DNA of 64,000 nucleotides from Octopus vulgaris (Eukaryota): the NCBI GenBank assembly GCA_951406725.2, contig OX597827.1:13144001-13208000 (forward strand), read 5' to 3'. Every line of letters starts with the position of its first letter. Position 1 is the first letter of the stretch. The notes beneath the pieces are model-generated. The model was not told the origin of the DNA and made no database searches. It saw nothing but the letters and a program-made list of their open reading frames with translations. Both the position numbers and the translations under genes were made by a program. Positions 27,544 to 42,559 of the stretch are shown here, in pieces.

Positions 27544-28140
<597 letters not shown>

Positions 28141-28512
28141 TACGAGCTGTGTGCTTTCCAACTGTATGGCATTGGGTCCTGTACTACTGAGTGGCACCTT
28201 GAGGAATTATCTCCTGCTTTAGCCATGGGCTAACCAAAGTCTTGGCTTGTTTAGCCTAAAAGTAATGCAGAAGACACTTCTTCAAGTTTTAGCTTTTGTT
28301 GACAGACACTAAAGAAGCTCATTGTATATATAAATATATATATATACATACATCATCATCATAATAATGATGATATGTGTCTGTGTCTGTGTGTGTTTGT
28401 GAGTGTATATAATACACTTATATAGATACATATTTATAAATAAATGCATATGTGTAGGTGTGTGTTTGATCAAGAAGGTCATTCTGCAATCATGAAGTCC
28501 TATACTTATATA

Positions 28513-29110
28513 TTTTTTTTTTTACTGCCCACAAGGGGCTACCCACAGAGGGAACAAACAAGGACAGACAAACAGATTAAGTTGATTATATCGACCCCAG
28601 TGCGTAACTGGTATTTATTTAATCAACCCCAAAAGGAAAGGCAAAGTCAACCCCGGTGGAATTTGAACTCAGAACATAAAGACAGATAAAATACTTATTT
28701 ATTTACTACTCACAAGGGGCTAAACACAGAGAGGACAAACAAGGACAGACAAACGGATTAAGTCGATTATATCGATCCCAGTGCATAACTGGTACTTAAT
28801 TTATCGACCCTGAAAGGATGAAAGGCAAAGTCGAACTTGGCGGAATTTGAACTCAGAACGCAGCGGCAGACGAAATACCTATTTCTTTACTACCCACAAG
28901 GGGCTAAACACAGAGAGGACAAACAAGGACAGACAAATGGATTAAGTCGATTATATTGATCCCACTGCGTAAGTGGTACTTATTTAATCAACCCCAAAAG
29001 GATGAAAGGCAAAGTAACCTCGGCAGAATTTGAACTCAGAACATAAAGACAGATGAAATACCGCTAAGCATTTCGCCCGGCGTGCTAACGTTTCTGCCAG
29101 ATCGCCACCT
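28513..29110 (-). mobile_element. SINE family B, head plus tandem trimer of body
   Basis: Three ~185-bp bodies joined at GAAATAGG|TATTTC-type junctions; a single head at ~29060-29110. Confidence 0.88.
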
Positions 29111-29391
29111 TCTTATGCTTAATTCTACCGCTTGGCATCTTGGGCAAGTGTCTTTTTTTTCCCATTGCTTTATCTCAGCCGAAGCTTTGAAAGTGAAAAT
29201 TAAACATCAGAAACCATGTGGAAGTCTTTCATACTTGTAAGACTATACTTGTAATTCACAGGTTCACACTGTGCCATATTGACTTAACTTGAAGTGTATT
29301 AATAAATAGGGAAAGGATATTATATGTATATACCTTTAGTCTGAAATTAAAGGAATTGCAACAGGACAGGAATTACACAATCGATGTCATT

Positions 29392-29472
29392 AGCTTACTG
29401 CTGTTTCTGCTTCAAGAATCAGTGCACTCAGAACTGAGTACTTGAGCATCACCTTATGCCTTCCTCAGAGCC
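29392..29472 (-). ncRNA. Degenerate type I hammerhead motif
   Basis: Reverse complement reads GGCT CTGAGGA ..GCTCAAG-TACTCAG/CTGAGTG..CTTGAAGC.. GAAAC AGCA GTA AGCT. Confidence 0.55.
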
Positions 29473-29872
29473 TTTAAACAGGAGGTGAGATTTTTATTAC
29501 ATATTATCACTAGATGTTTTGGCATTTATGCAATTTTATGTCATACCATGCAGAATCATAATTTTACATCAAAAAACAGTATAAGTCTATGTGTATGTAT
29601 TTGTGTGTCTGTGTATGGGTGTGTATGTATATATTTAAATATACTTATATAAATACATATACAGAAATATTTGTGTGTGTGTGTGTATGTGTGTGTTTGT
29701 GTGTGTGTGTTTGTGTTTGTGTGTGTGTGTGTGTGCATATCACCTAACAAGAGGCAGCATAGAAAGACAGCTATTAAAAGACACTCCACCTGTCACGGCC
29801 AAAGATGTGTGTGTATACAGACACACAAACACACACATGCATGCATGCACACATATATATATATCCATATAT

Positions 29873-30101
29873 CACGTGACCGACCAGTCCATCAGATGTA
29901 GTTACACATCGCTGGTCACAATGCGTTCGCATTGTTTTAGCCTTCGAATGACGCCACCCCGCTGGCTAAGCAAGCAGGCCAACAGAAGAAAGAGTGGGAG
30001 AAAGAGTGATGAAAGAGTACAGCAGGGATCACCACCGCCGGAGCCTCGTGGAGCTTTTAGGTGTTTTCCCTCCATAAACACTCACAACGCCCGGTCTGGG
30101 A
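29873..30101 (-). mobile_element. SINE family C variant with a third tail type
   Basis: Shares CCAGACCGGGCGTTGTGAGTGTTT..AAAAGCTCCACGA..GATCCCTGCTGTACTCTTTC with 6616-7002 but has a different 3' part. Confidence 0.75.
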
Positions 30102-30549
30102 AATATCCATATATACATACTCAAATACTGGTAAATGCCCAACATAAGAAGAAAGAAAACCAGTCGTAAAAAGACGAGGACAATGAAAATCAACAATTAT
30201 GTAGTGAAGGACTTGAACAAACCCAATCGATAATTAATTAAGTAATTAATTAATTAATTGGTTTAATTAACAATAAAGTAGACTTCAACCTTACAAAAAG
30301 TTCCAGTTCTTGGTTATGGGTTAGAATTTAATTTAGCCATCGTAGAAAGAGAATAGAATTCAGAATTGAAACGGAACAAGTGAAGCTCTGCCTTTGACAA
30401 CAATAAATCAGAGAGAAAAGAGGGTTTGTGGAATGTTGAACGGAATCAATTGCTGTGAAGAGTAGCGAGTTTATACAAACATCATACGCTATGAAAATGA
30501 ACGTCCACAGCAATATCGCTGTATCATCACTTCAGCATCAGTAAAACAG

Positions 30550-30584
<35 letters not shown>

Positions 30585-30597
30585 CATACATATATAT

Positions 30598-30672
<75 letters not shown>

Positions 30673-30702
30673 TATATACATATATATATACATACATATA
30701 TA

Positions 30703-30761
<59 letters not shown>

Positions 30762-30784
30762 CATATATATATACATACATATAT

Positions 30785-30932
<148 letters not shown>

Positions 30933-30975
30933 CGGGAAGCTTTATGAAAATAAACAAAAGATGAAGGCAGATGTG

Positions 30976-31093
<118 letters not shown>

Positions 31094-31611
31094 CACACAT
31101 ACATATATATATATATGTTTATATGTTTGTGTGTATGTAATGTAATATGATGTTCCATGCTATTACAATAGCAATCGTAAACTCCCCTTTGTCTGATCTT
31201 GATAAACACGAAAATATTAACAGGATCAATAAACTCCCTAGACTAACATTATGTGACAGGTTACAAAACACTTCTGATAAATCTTTGGGTATTATGGATT
31301 CACAGCATACATGCACACATACACCCACATGCATATGCATTCATATGTATTTCCATGCATAAATATATGTGTATATGTGTGTGTATATGTGTGTGTGTAT
31401 ACATATATATATGTATATATATATATATATATATGTATGTATATATATATATATGTATATATGTATACATGTATGCATTGATGTATGTATATGTGAATCG
31501 GTATGACAGTATATACACACATGCACCCATGAAGGTAATATACATTTATACATGTATATGAATCTGTGTGTGTTTGTGTGTGTTTATTAGTATGTACAAA
31601 TATGTATCTCT

Positions 31612-31679
<68 letters not shown>

Positions 31680-31752
31680 AGTAGAAAGATAAATAGATTG
31701 ACAGACAGACAAACAGATATAGATACATAAATATGTATATGTGAATACACAC

Positions 31753-31814
<62 letters not shown>

Positions 31815-31868
31815 CATGTATATGCACACAGTGACATGCATACAAGCATGTGTGTATACAAACAAAAA

Positions 31869-31930
<62 letters not shown>

Positions 31931-32494
31931 TGTATGTATATATACATACACTATACATTTATACACAAACACGTGTGTATGTGTGAGTGTACATAAGGAA
32001 GGTAAATTGAAGAATCATTAGAGTATTTTATTGAATGTGTTGCAGTATTTGTTCCACCTCTTTGACCACCGAGTTCAAATCCCACAGAGGTAAACTTTTC
32101 CTTTCATTGTTTGTTCCAGGTTGATTAATAAAATACCATTCAAGTGGTTTCTCTTTCTCTCTCTCTCTCTCTTCCTCAATACCACTTTCTGTCTCTCACA
32201 CTCTCTCACCACTCATTCTCTTTCTCTCTCTCTCTCCCTCTCTCTCTCTCTATCTCTCTCCCTCCCTCTCGCTTACTCCTCTTTTCTCTCACTCTTTAGA
32301 AATGCTGAAGTTTCTGGTGGAGGGCTAGCAGCCCCTTGGAGAAAAACAGTTATGTTGTTGGAACTATCCAAAGATGGCCTAATGTGCTAGCGAAGCCTGG
32401 AACAGTAATAATTCATACATGCGTTCATACATACATACATTCGTACATGCATACATTCATACATACATACATTCATACATATATATATATAAAC

Positions 32495-32537
<43 letters not shown>

Positions 32538-33154
32538 GGCTGTCCCCTCGTTATCGAGTATGGCCATTGCACGAAGCTTAACTGTTACTGGTGCTGTGAT
32601 CGAATGTGACTTTTTAGCCCAGCCAAAGATCTACAATGTCTTGTACAGAATTGGCAACTAAAACCTTTACACACATATATATACTAGTTAGGTGTTGCTC
32701 CACCATGGCCACAGTTAAATGACTGAAAGAAAAGAATAAAAGAATATTTATATACATATATATATGCATATATATATATATATATATGAGATGATATTGA
32801 CGATGAAATGGAAAGGAATAGGATGGCAAAGTTGAGTGGCAAACTGTTTACTTCCAAACTCCATGGTTCCAGGTTCAGTTCCACTGTGCGACACATTGGG
32901 AAAGTGTTTTCAGTTATAGCCTTGTGCTAATCAAAGCCTTATGAGTGGATTTGGTAAACAGAATCAGAAAGAAGCCCATCATATATACAAACACACACAC
33001 ACACACACACAAATATTATCCAAAGTGTACATTACAGCTTATCTTATCAATCGGTTTTGTGCTCGGGATTCAACTGAGTGTTATGTAACAATCTGATTAT
33101 GTAACCTTGTGCTCATCAGAGGTAGCTGATATGGAATGAAATATGGTGGCTGCC

Positions 33155-33560
33155 ATATCATCCTCATCATCATCGTTTAAAGTCCGATTTCCATGCTGGC
33201 ATGGGTTGAACGGTTTGACTGAGGACTGGCAAGCCAGAAGCTGCACCAGGCTCAATCTGATCTGTCAAAGTTTCTACAGCTGGATGCCCTTCCTAACGCC
33301 AACCGCTCCAAGAGTGTAGTGGGTGATTTTACGTGCCGCCAGTATGAGGGCCAGTCAGGCAGTTCTAGCAATGACCATGCTCAAATGTTACTTTTCATGT
33401 GCCACCAGCACATGTGCTGGTAAGGTGACGCTGGCAACAATCACGCTTGAATGGTGCCCTTCACATGTCACCGGCATGGGAGCCAATCTGTGGCCCTGGC
33501 AACAATTGTGCTCAGATGTGCTTTTAACGTTTCACTGGCATGAGTGCCAATCAGGCGGTA
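33155..33560 (-). mobile_element. Family D retroposon (sense ends CCATGCCAGCATGGAAA..(GAT)n)
   Basis: The same sequence occurs at ~12110-12248, 22575-22673, 38042-38480 and 58440-58760. Confidence 0.75.
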
Positions 33561-33840
33561 TTGTCATCGGCGGCAAGCAGGCAGAAACGTTAGCACGCCG
33601 GGCGAAATGCTTTTAAGTAACTGGTACTTAAAATGCTTTAAGTACCAGTTACGCACTGGGGTCGATATAATCGACTTAATCCGTTTGTATGTCCTTGTTT
33701 GTTCTCTCTGTGTTTAGCCCCTTGTGGGTAGTAAAGAAATAGGTATTGTCATCGGCCACATCAGCAATTTTGATATACATATATATTTACATACAGGATG
33801 GTTGGGCTAAATTTGATGAATTTTTCAGAAACAGCTTGAT

Positions 33841-34140
33841 TTTGTTCCTTCTCGAGCCATGCCTGGCTCATAAGAAGCCGGTTTCCTGTTTCTTGGCGTA
33901 TAGGTTCCCCACCTAGACAGGACACCGGTCCATCGCAGGTGAGCTGCAAGATGCAGGAGGAAAGAGTGAGAGAAAGTTGTGGCGAAAAAGTCAGCAGAAG
34001 TTTTGCCATTACCTTCTGCTGGAGCCGCATTGAGCTTAGGTGTTTCGCTCATAAACACACACATCGTCTGGTCTGAGATTCGAACTCACAATCCCTCGAC
34101 CGTGAGTCCACTGCTCTGACCACTAGGCCATGTGCCTCCA
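33841..34140 (-). mobile_element. SINE family C with 11-bp TSD
   Basis: TSD AACAGCTTGAT at 33830-33840 and 34142-34152; tRNA-like head on the minus strand. Confidence 0.85.
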
Positions 34141-34488
34141 CAACAGCTTGATGTATTAATCAACAGTCAGCAGTGTTGGAGAGCACACAGATTAAAGTTG
34201 CAGCTTAGAAAATATTAGCTGAGATGGAGGACGGGAAGCCATATGAATACTGGAAAACAGTTACCTACATCATGATGATTTGTGTTGGGTGTCAAAATGC
34301 CGACAACATGATTGTTCCTGAAAGTTCTGTAAACTCTCTAAAGGCTGTAAGACACGACACGGACAGCTGCAACAGAGACTACGAAGCTGTGGTCAGTGGA
34401 AAGGGACACAGCAGGCATTCTGACTACGTACATATGCCAGAATTCATCTCCACAACTCTGATCAGGGCCCTGGGCTCAATTCAGATGA

Positions 34489-35160
34489 CTATGTGAAGGT
34501 GCTGAAGGCTATGTGAAGGTGCTGAAGGCTATGTGAAGGTGCTGAAGGCTATGTGAAGGTGCTGAAGGCTATGTGAAGGTGCTGAAGGCTTTGTGAAGGT
34601 GCTGAAGGCTTTGTGAAGGTGCTGAAGGCTTTGTGAAGGTGCTGAAGGCTGTGTGAAGGTGCTGAAGGCTGTGTGAAGGTGCTGAAGGCTTTGTGAAGGT
34701 GCTGAAGGCTATGTGAAGGTGCTGAAGGCTATGTGAAGGTGCTGAAGGCTATGTGAAGGTGCTGAAGGCTATGTGAAGGTGCTGAAGGCTGTGTGAAGGT
34801 GCTGAAGGCTATGTGAAGGTGCTGAAGGCTGTGTGAAGGTGCTGAAGGCTGTGTGAAGGTGCTGAAGGCTTTGTGAAGGTGCTGAAGGCTATGTGAAGGT
34901 GCTGAAGGCTATGTGAAGGTGCTGAAGGCTATGTGAAGGTGCTGAAGGCTTTGTGAAAGTGCTGAAGGCTATGTGAAGGTGCTGATGGCTATGTGAAAGT
35001 GCTGAAGGTTATGTGAAGGTGCTGAAGGCTGTGTGAAGGTGCTGAAGGCTATGTGAAGGTGCTGAAGGCTTTGTGAAAGTGCTGAAGGCTATGTGAAGGT
35101 GCTGAAGGCTGTGTGAAGGTGCTGAAGGCTTTGTGAAGGTGCTGAAGGCTGTGTGATGGT
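34489..35160. repeat. 20-bp minisatellite CT[A/T/G]TGTGAAGGTGCTGAAGG, ~33 copies
   Basis: Directly visible; variation is concentrated at one position. Confidence 0.98.
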
Positions 35161-35684
35161 GGTTAATTCCTGGTTTAAGAGGACACAGTGGAGAATGCAT
35201 GAACTAGGTTCCAGAGACATCATGAGGCTGTTGTGGAAGCTGAGGATGGTTACTTTGAATAAATTGTTATTTCTCCGCCATAATCTGGTTGATATTCTTC
35301 AATTTTTAAAATAAATTATTCTTAGCTAGCACATAGTGATTTTAAAAATTTTTATGCAAACCTTAAAATTTAGCTTAAACACTGTGTGTGTGTGTATGTG
35401 TGTGTGTTTGTATGTGTGTATGTGTATGTGTTATGTGTGTGTCTTTGAATTTATGTTTGTCTCTCTCCACCATTTAAACAACCAATGTTGGTTAGATTAC
35501 ATCCTTGTAACATAGCAGTTTGGCATACACACACATCTCTTCATCCAGAGAAACATGCAAGTATTCATAAATAAACATATATATATATATTCATATACAT
35601 GCATTATTGTACATATATACATACATGTATACATACATTTATACATATATCTATCTATCCATATATATATAACATAATAATAAC

Positions 35685-35718
<34 letters not shown>

Positions 35719-36196
35719 TATATGTATATATATGCGTATACATACATACATATATATGCACATTCACATACATATGCCACTATATATACACATTTATCGC
35801 AACATATTTTGTGCAAACACACACTCACACAATATATATATATATTATTTGAGACTGGATATGTCATTTATGTCAAATAAATGACAGCGTATGATTTAAA
35901 TCTCAAAAATAATAACAAGATTTAATAATGTATGATTTAACAAATATTCTTCACTGAAATCTGTTATTAATGAGCTAATTCAATTGAATGAATACACATA
36001 GATTTGCACATGTTTCTGCATTTTCGCATGTATATGGATATCTATATGTGTAAGTGTATCTATTGACTAAAATATATTTATGAATATCAATTTAATATCA
36101 AGACAAAAAACATACGCATATTTCAATGTACACAGATGTGCACGCTAACACATACATACATACATACATTTATATATATACATATATCTATATATC

Positions 36197-36300
<104 letters not shown>

Positions 36301-37074
36301 CATATATATATGCATATATGTATATATATTTGTATATGCGCACATAAGTGGACATGTAGCTTAGTGATTTAGAAGATTACTTTCGAACCATGTGATCATG
36401 GGTTCAGTCCTACTGCATGGTACCCTGGGTTGTCCAAAGCCTTTTGAGTGAATTTAGTGGAGAAGGGCTGAGAGAAGCTTGTTGTATTTATATATATATA
36501 CATACATACATACATACATACATACATACATACATACATACATACATACATGCAGATGCATATATGTATAAAACACACACACACCTATTCAGGCAATGTT
36601 GATTTGAAGGAGGGAGAGAGCTAATGTAGGGCTCATACACTTGATCACATACATTTGATCACTATAAGCAAATCATTTGTGCAGGCCATTCTGCAAAAGC
36701 ACCATCATGAAACAAGTGATATCAATTGTTTCCAGTCTCCCATGAAAAACATGTCTTGCCATATATATGTTTATATATTTGCTTTATAGGTTTACTCATT
36801 CTGTATTATGCCTTGATATTATGTAGACTGCGGTTGTTGTTGACAGGCCACTGATAATAAATGAAATTTTAAGCACTATTATGCAAATTAGGCACTCCAG
36901 TTTCCCATAGCTATTCTCTTATTCCCCTGGGAATAAGCAAATAGGAAGAGGTGTAGAGATCTCTGAAGCATATACAAGAGAGTTCAAAAGTTCACTGAAG
37001 TAGTTTGTCATTTTTTTCCCAGTCTATGGAGCCATAGTTAAATCTGATATGGTTAAATTCCCACCATATAGATT

Positions 37075-37458
37075 TACATGAGGCTGCATGGTAAAAAGCT
37101 TGCTTCCCAACCATATGGTTCCAGGTTCAGTCCCACTGCATGGCACCTTGGGCAAGAGTCTTCTTCTATAGCTTCAGGCCAACCAAAGCCTTGTGAGTGG
37201 ATCTGGTACACAGAAACTAAAAGAAGCCCATTGTATATATATATATATTGTGTGTGTCTGTGTTTGACCCCTCATCATTGCTTGACAACTGATGTGTTTA
37301 TGTCCCTGTAACTTAGCAGTTCAGCAAAAGAGACGGATAGAATAAGTACTAGGCTTACAAAGAATAAGTCCTGGGGTTGATTTCTTCAACTGAAACAAAC
37401 TCTTTAAGGCAGTGCTCCAGCATGGCCGCAGTCAAATGATTGACACAAGTAAAAAATC

Positions 37459-37492
<34 letters not shown>

Positions 37493-38885
37493 ATACATGT
37501 GTGTTTGTGTTGCCTTGTTTTGACATTGTGTGATAGATTTAAACAAGCATCAATATTATATTCATTTGTAAGGCAGCAAGCTGGCAGAAACATTAGTATG
37601 TCAGGCAAAATGCTTAGCGTTATTTTGTCTGACTTTACATTCTGAGTTCAAATTCCACCGAAGTCAACTTTGCCTTTCATCCTTTCAGGGTCGATAAATT
37701 AAGTACCAGTTGCATACTGGAGTCAATCTAATCGATTGGCCCCCCTCCCTCAAAATTTCGGGCCTTGTGCCTAGAGTAGTAAAGAATATTATATTCATTC
37801 GTAAGGCATCGAGTTGTTAGCACACCAGGCAAGAAGCTTAGCAGTATTTCATCTGTCTTTACATTCTGAGTTCAAATTCCATCAAGGTTGACTTTGCTTT
37901 GCATTCTTTCAGAATAACATAAATACCAGTTGAACACTGGGGTCGATGTAATTGACTTATCCTCTCCCTAAAACTTGCTGGCTTTGTGCCAAAATTTATA
38001 ATCAATATTACAGTCACTTGCAATATTTTGTGTAAACCCATCTCATCATCATCATCATCATCATCATCATTAAACGTCCGTTGTCCATGCTGGCATGGGT
38101 TGGATGGTTTGACCAAGCTGGCACACTGGAAGGCTGTGCCAGGCTCCAGACTGATTTGGCATAGATTTCTACAGCTGGATGCCCTTCCTAATGCCAACCA
38201 CTCCGAAAGTGTGATGGGTGCTTTTACATGTCACCAGCATGAATGCCATTTATATGATACTGGGGGTACTTTTACATGCCACCAGCATGAGTACCAATTG
38301 TGTGACACTGGTACGTGCCATGACTGTGATTTTGCTTTGCTTGAAGGGTCTTCTTCTGAAGCACGACATAATACCTAAGGTCTCAGTCAATGCCTCTGTG
38401 AGACCCAAAACTCATTAAGGAACTCAGCCACTTTGCCTCTGTGAGGCCCAACACTTGAAAGGAGCTCAGCCACTTTGCCTATTTTTTTTTCTTTTACTTG
38501 TTTCAGTCATTTGACTGTGGCCATGCTGGAGCACCACCTTTAGTTGAGCAAATCGACCCCAGAACTTATTCTTTGTAAGCCTAGTACTTTTGCCAAACCG
38601 CTAAGTTACGGGTGACGTAAACACACCAGCATCGGTTGTCAAGTGATGTGGGGGGGGGGGGACAAACACAGACACACAAACATATACACACACACATACA
38701 TATATATATATACATATATACGACGGGCTTCTTTCAGTTTCCGTCAACCAAATCCACTCACAAGGCTTTGGTGAGCCCGAAGCTATAGTAGAAAACACTT
38801 GCCCAAGATGCCACGCAGTGGGACTGAACCCGGAACCATGTGGTTCGTAAGCAAGCTACTTACCACACAACCACTCCTACACCTA
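37075..38885. mobile_element. Retroposon cluster: SINE A (+37075-37455), SINE B x2 (+37570-37997), family D (-38042-38480), SINE A (-38490-38885)
   Basis: Matches to other copies in the window. Confidence 0.8.
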
Positions 38886-39631
38886 TGGGGAAATATTATT
38901 TTACTTAGAAATAAGTATGGTTGTGTGACAGGAAGGTGTATCCAAACATAAAAAAATCTGATGCACACAAGCATGGAAAAGTGGAACATAATATGATGGT
39001 GACGATAGTGATGGTGAAGATGATAATAATTATGATGATGATGATGGTGATGTTGAAGATGATGATGATTATGATTATGATGGTGGTGTTGGCGGTAGAA
39101 ATAATGATGATGTCTGAGGAGAGTTCATAAGTAGAAAAAATGCACACTTTATATGAAGTAATGAAGTGGGTATAATTTTAGCATAATACTGTAAATTATG
39201 AAACGTGTTTGGTCAAGCAAAGTTACTGGGCAGTTTCATATGAAATTATGTTTTTTAAGCTGACAGTATGTTTAAACAACTGCCAGACACTGTTGACCAA
39301 AAAGTATTGTCAAGATTCCTTTTTGGTTGAACTATCTCTGATGATTGTGCAGCCATAAACTCTGCTTAGAAAAACATGAATTCTCATATTTAAGTTCCTT
39401 GGATGGATATATATATATATATATATATAATACTACAAAATTAGAGAATGGAGAAACATACTTAAATCAGTAAAACATCAACTATCCGATGATACTCAAT
39501 CCATACTTTAATACACCATTACATATGAGTAAAGGCAATATATAAAATGAAATGAGATATACAGTAATAGTAAAAGTAAAAAGATAAAGAGATATAAGTA
39601 AAAAATTTCAAATATAATATGCAAATAAATC

Positions 39632-39746
39632 AAAACTGACAGCTGTTTCGGCAGTGAGGACAGTCATACCTCATTTAACCTATAAGCCATAAAGGCAGGT
39701 ATAAATGAGGCATTAACAAGGATGCCCCACGGCCTCTTCAGAGAAT
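39632..39746 (-). ncRNA. Type I hammerhead motif (left-arm copy)
   Basis: Reverse complement of 40646-40760. Confidence 0.8.
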
Positions 39747-40081
39747 TAAATTAAATTTGTTATAATAGTGAAAAATATTATATAATCATATACATATAAA
39801 TATAAAAATATAAAAATGTAAAATATAAAAACTTATATATCATAATGCTACACTTATATAATATAATACACATTTGTACAAAAAGGAAGGTAAACAGAAC
39901 AATATAAAACAAAATATATAACAGTGTATATATTAATATTAATAAGTACCGATATTATACATATTTGGCTAATAGTTTTTTTTATAAAAAAAGGCTAACA
40001 CATATGGAGATGAAAAATAATAATTAAATCCGTGGTACAGTTCATAAAATTCTAAAGCTATAAAAGTTAATAAAAATTACT

Positions 40082-40128
<47 letters not shown>

Positions 40129-40268
40129 TAATAATAATAAAAAAATACTAAAAATAGATACAGTTAAGTTAGCACCAAGTCCATCCTTTCAAGATCGTTC
40201 GATCTTGAAAGGATGGACTTGGTGCTAACTTAACTGTATCTATTTTTAGTATTTTTTTATTATTATTA

Positions 40269-40312
<44 letters not shown>

Positions 40313-40645
40313 AGTAATTTTTATTAACTTTTATAGCTTTAGAATTTTATGAACTGTACCACGGATTTAATTATTATTTTTCATCTCCATATGTGTTAGC
40401 CTTTTTTTATAAAAAAACTATTAGCCAAATATGTATAATATCGGTACTTATTAATATTAATATATACACTGTTATATATTTTGTTTTATATTGTTCTGTT
40501 TACCTTCCTTTTTGTACAAATGTGTATTATATTATATAAGTGTAGCATTATGATATATAAGTTTTTATATTTTACATTTTTATATTTTTATATTTATATG
40601 TATATGATTATATAATATTTTTCACTATTATAACAAATTTAATTT

Positions 40646-40760
40646 AATTCTCTGAAGAGGCCGTGGGGCATCCTTGTTAATGCCTCATTTATACCTGCCT
40701 TTATGGCTTATAGGTTAAATGAGGTATGACTGTCCTCACTGCCGAAACAGCTGTCAGTTT
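40646..40760 (+). ncRNA. Type I hammerhead ribozyme motif
   Basis: CTGAAGA at 40652-40658; long stem II GGCCGTGGGGCA/TGTCCTCACTGCC plus TGCCTCATTTA/TAAATGAGGTA; GAAAC-AGCT-GTC (palindromic ACAGCTGT). Predicted cleavage after C40755; stem I is weak. Confidence 0.82.
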
Positions 40761-41139
40761 TGATTTATTTGCATATTATATTTGAAATTTTTACTTATAT
40801 CTCTTTATCTTTTTACTTTTACTATTACTGTATATCTCATTTCATTTTATATATTGCCTTTACTCATATGTAATGGTGTATTAAAGTATGGATTGAGTAT
40901 CATCGGATAGTTGATGTTTTACTGATTTAAGTATGTTTCTCCATTCTCTAATTTTGTAGTATTAATTTACGGTAATATTATTACCTTTACCCATTTAATA
41001 CAATAGATGAACTGATTGCTTGACAATTTTTAACATCTATGTATTATTTTTGTTGGGTACCTATCTAGCAGTATATTGGATATATATTATCCCATGGTGG
41101 GTTGAATTTTCAACCCCTATCTCATTTTATAACCTATAT

Positions 41140-41173
<34 letters not shown>

Positions 41174-41453
41174 ATATATCATCATCATCATCGTCATTTA
41201 ACATCCGCTTTCCACACTAGCATGGGTTTGATAAATATATTATATATATATATATATATATGTATGTATATATGTGTGTATGTATGTATATGTACACACA
41301 CATACACACATATATATATATACTTAGATAGTTACATGGATAGATAGACTTATATAATGATATGTGCAATTATATACACATGTATATGTATGTGTATATA
41401 TATATATACATATATATATATATACATATACACACACACATATATATATATAC

Positions 41454-41508
<55 letters not shown>

Positions 41509-41580
41509 CATACATTGCTATATACATGTGTGTGTATATATATATGCGTGTGTGTATATATATATATGTGTATGTGTGTG

Positions 41581-41639
<59 letters not shown>

Positions 41640-42559
41640 GCAGACAGAGACAGAGATAGAAAGATAGATCGATTGATAGATAGATAGATAGATAGATATA
41701 TTACCATCATCTCATTTGACCACTAACTTTCCTCTATCACTTTGATCACATTCTTCTTTGAGAACTTTAACTTTGGCGATATCAATCACAATAGCCATCT
41801 GTAATATCGTTATCATCATTATCATCATCATCATCAACATGAATTTCCTTAATCTCTATGAAAGAAGAGAAGCCCTCAGCAAGAAATGTGATTAAAATGG
41901 TAACAAAATGCTAACATGGTTCTCTCAGTTGTTCCTAGTACAAGTAAAGATCTATAAAAGTTACAAGAGATCTTCAGAAAGATCTAACAGCTTTGGGACC
42001 CTGTAGGCACCTTTTTCCAGATTTGACCGTTTTCACTGCCAAAACTCAATTTAAGAGGATACATGTAGAATTTCAGAACAAGTTCTTCTGATATCCATAG
42101 TTTACAGCAGTGTATCTCACTTCTTAAACTTAATTACATGTGCTCACACACACACACACACACACACACACTGCTCTTAGGCATTCACGGAATTAAAAAT
42201 ATAAGAGGAAGATCTATTTATTCATATCTTTTCCTAAAACTATATTAATGCATATCTGTCTGCCTATTTATCTTTTCCTCTTCCACCGGCTCACTATTAT
42301 GTTTCTTAACGTATTTGACTGTCTATCTACCCATCTCTCTCTCTCTCGCTCATATACAAGCACACATTTGCTCAGCTATATTCTCTGTATATTTGTGTAT
42401 CTGTTTATCAGTTGATCTCTCTCTCTCTCACTTTCTCTCTTTTGCTGTCTTAGCTATATTTCTGTACATATTTCTGTATGTCTGTTTCTTCAACATATTC
42501 TCATTGAATTTGATATTTGTAGACGTGTAACTAAGAGTGAATTCATTATCACTATTATG

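Larger units (their letters stand above)
33792..35262 (+). pseudogene. Tc1/mariner-superfamily transposon relic containing a SINE C insertion and a minisatellite
   Basis: TACAGGATGG TIR-like start; residual YVKVLKAV..PW and the C-terminus RFQRHHEAVVEAEDGYFE* (35224-35262). Confidence 0.6.
39428..40964. repeat. 1.54-kb near-perfect palindrome (arms ~770 bp, 2-nt spacer), Penelope pLTR-like insertion in (TA)n
   Basis: Centre ..TTCAAGATCG-TT-CGATCTTGAA.. at 40198-40199; outer ends TAATACTACAAAAT / ATTTTGTAGTATTA. A unique tail 40965-41135 is followed by (TA)n. Confidence 0.95.

Noticed and set aside
34489-35160. CRISPR-like regular repeat
   Set aside because: There are no unique spacers and no cas genes, and the context is eukaryotic; it is a minisatellite.
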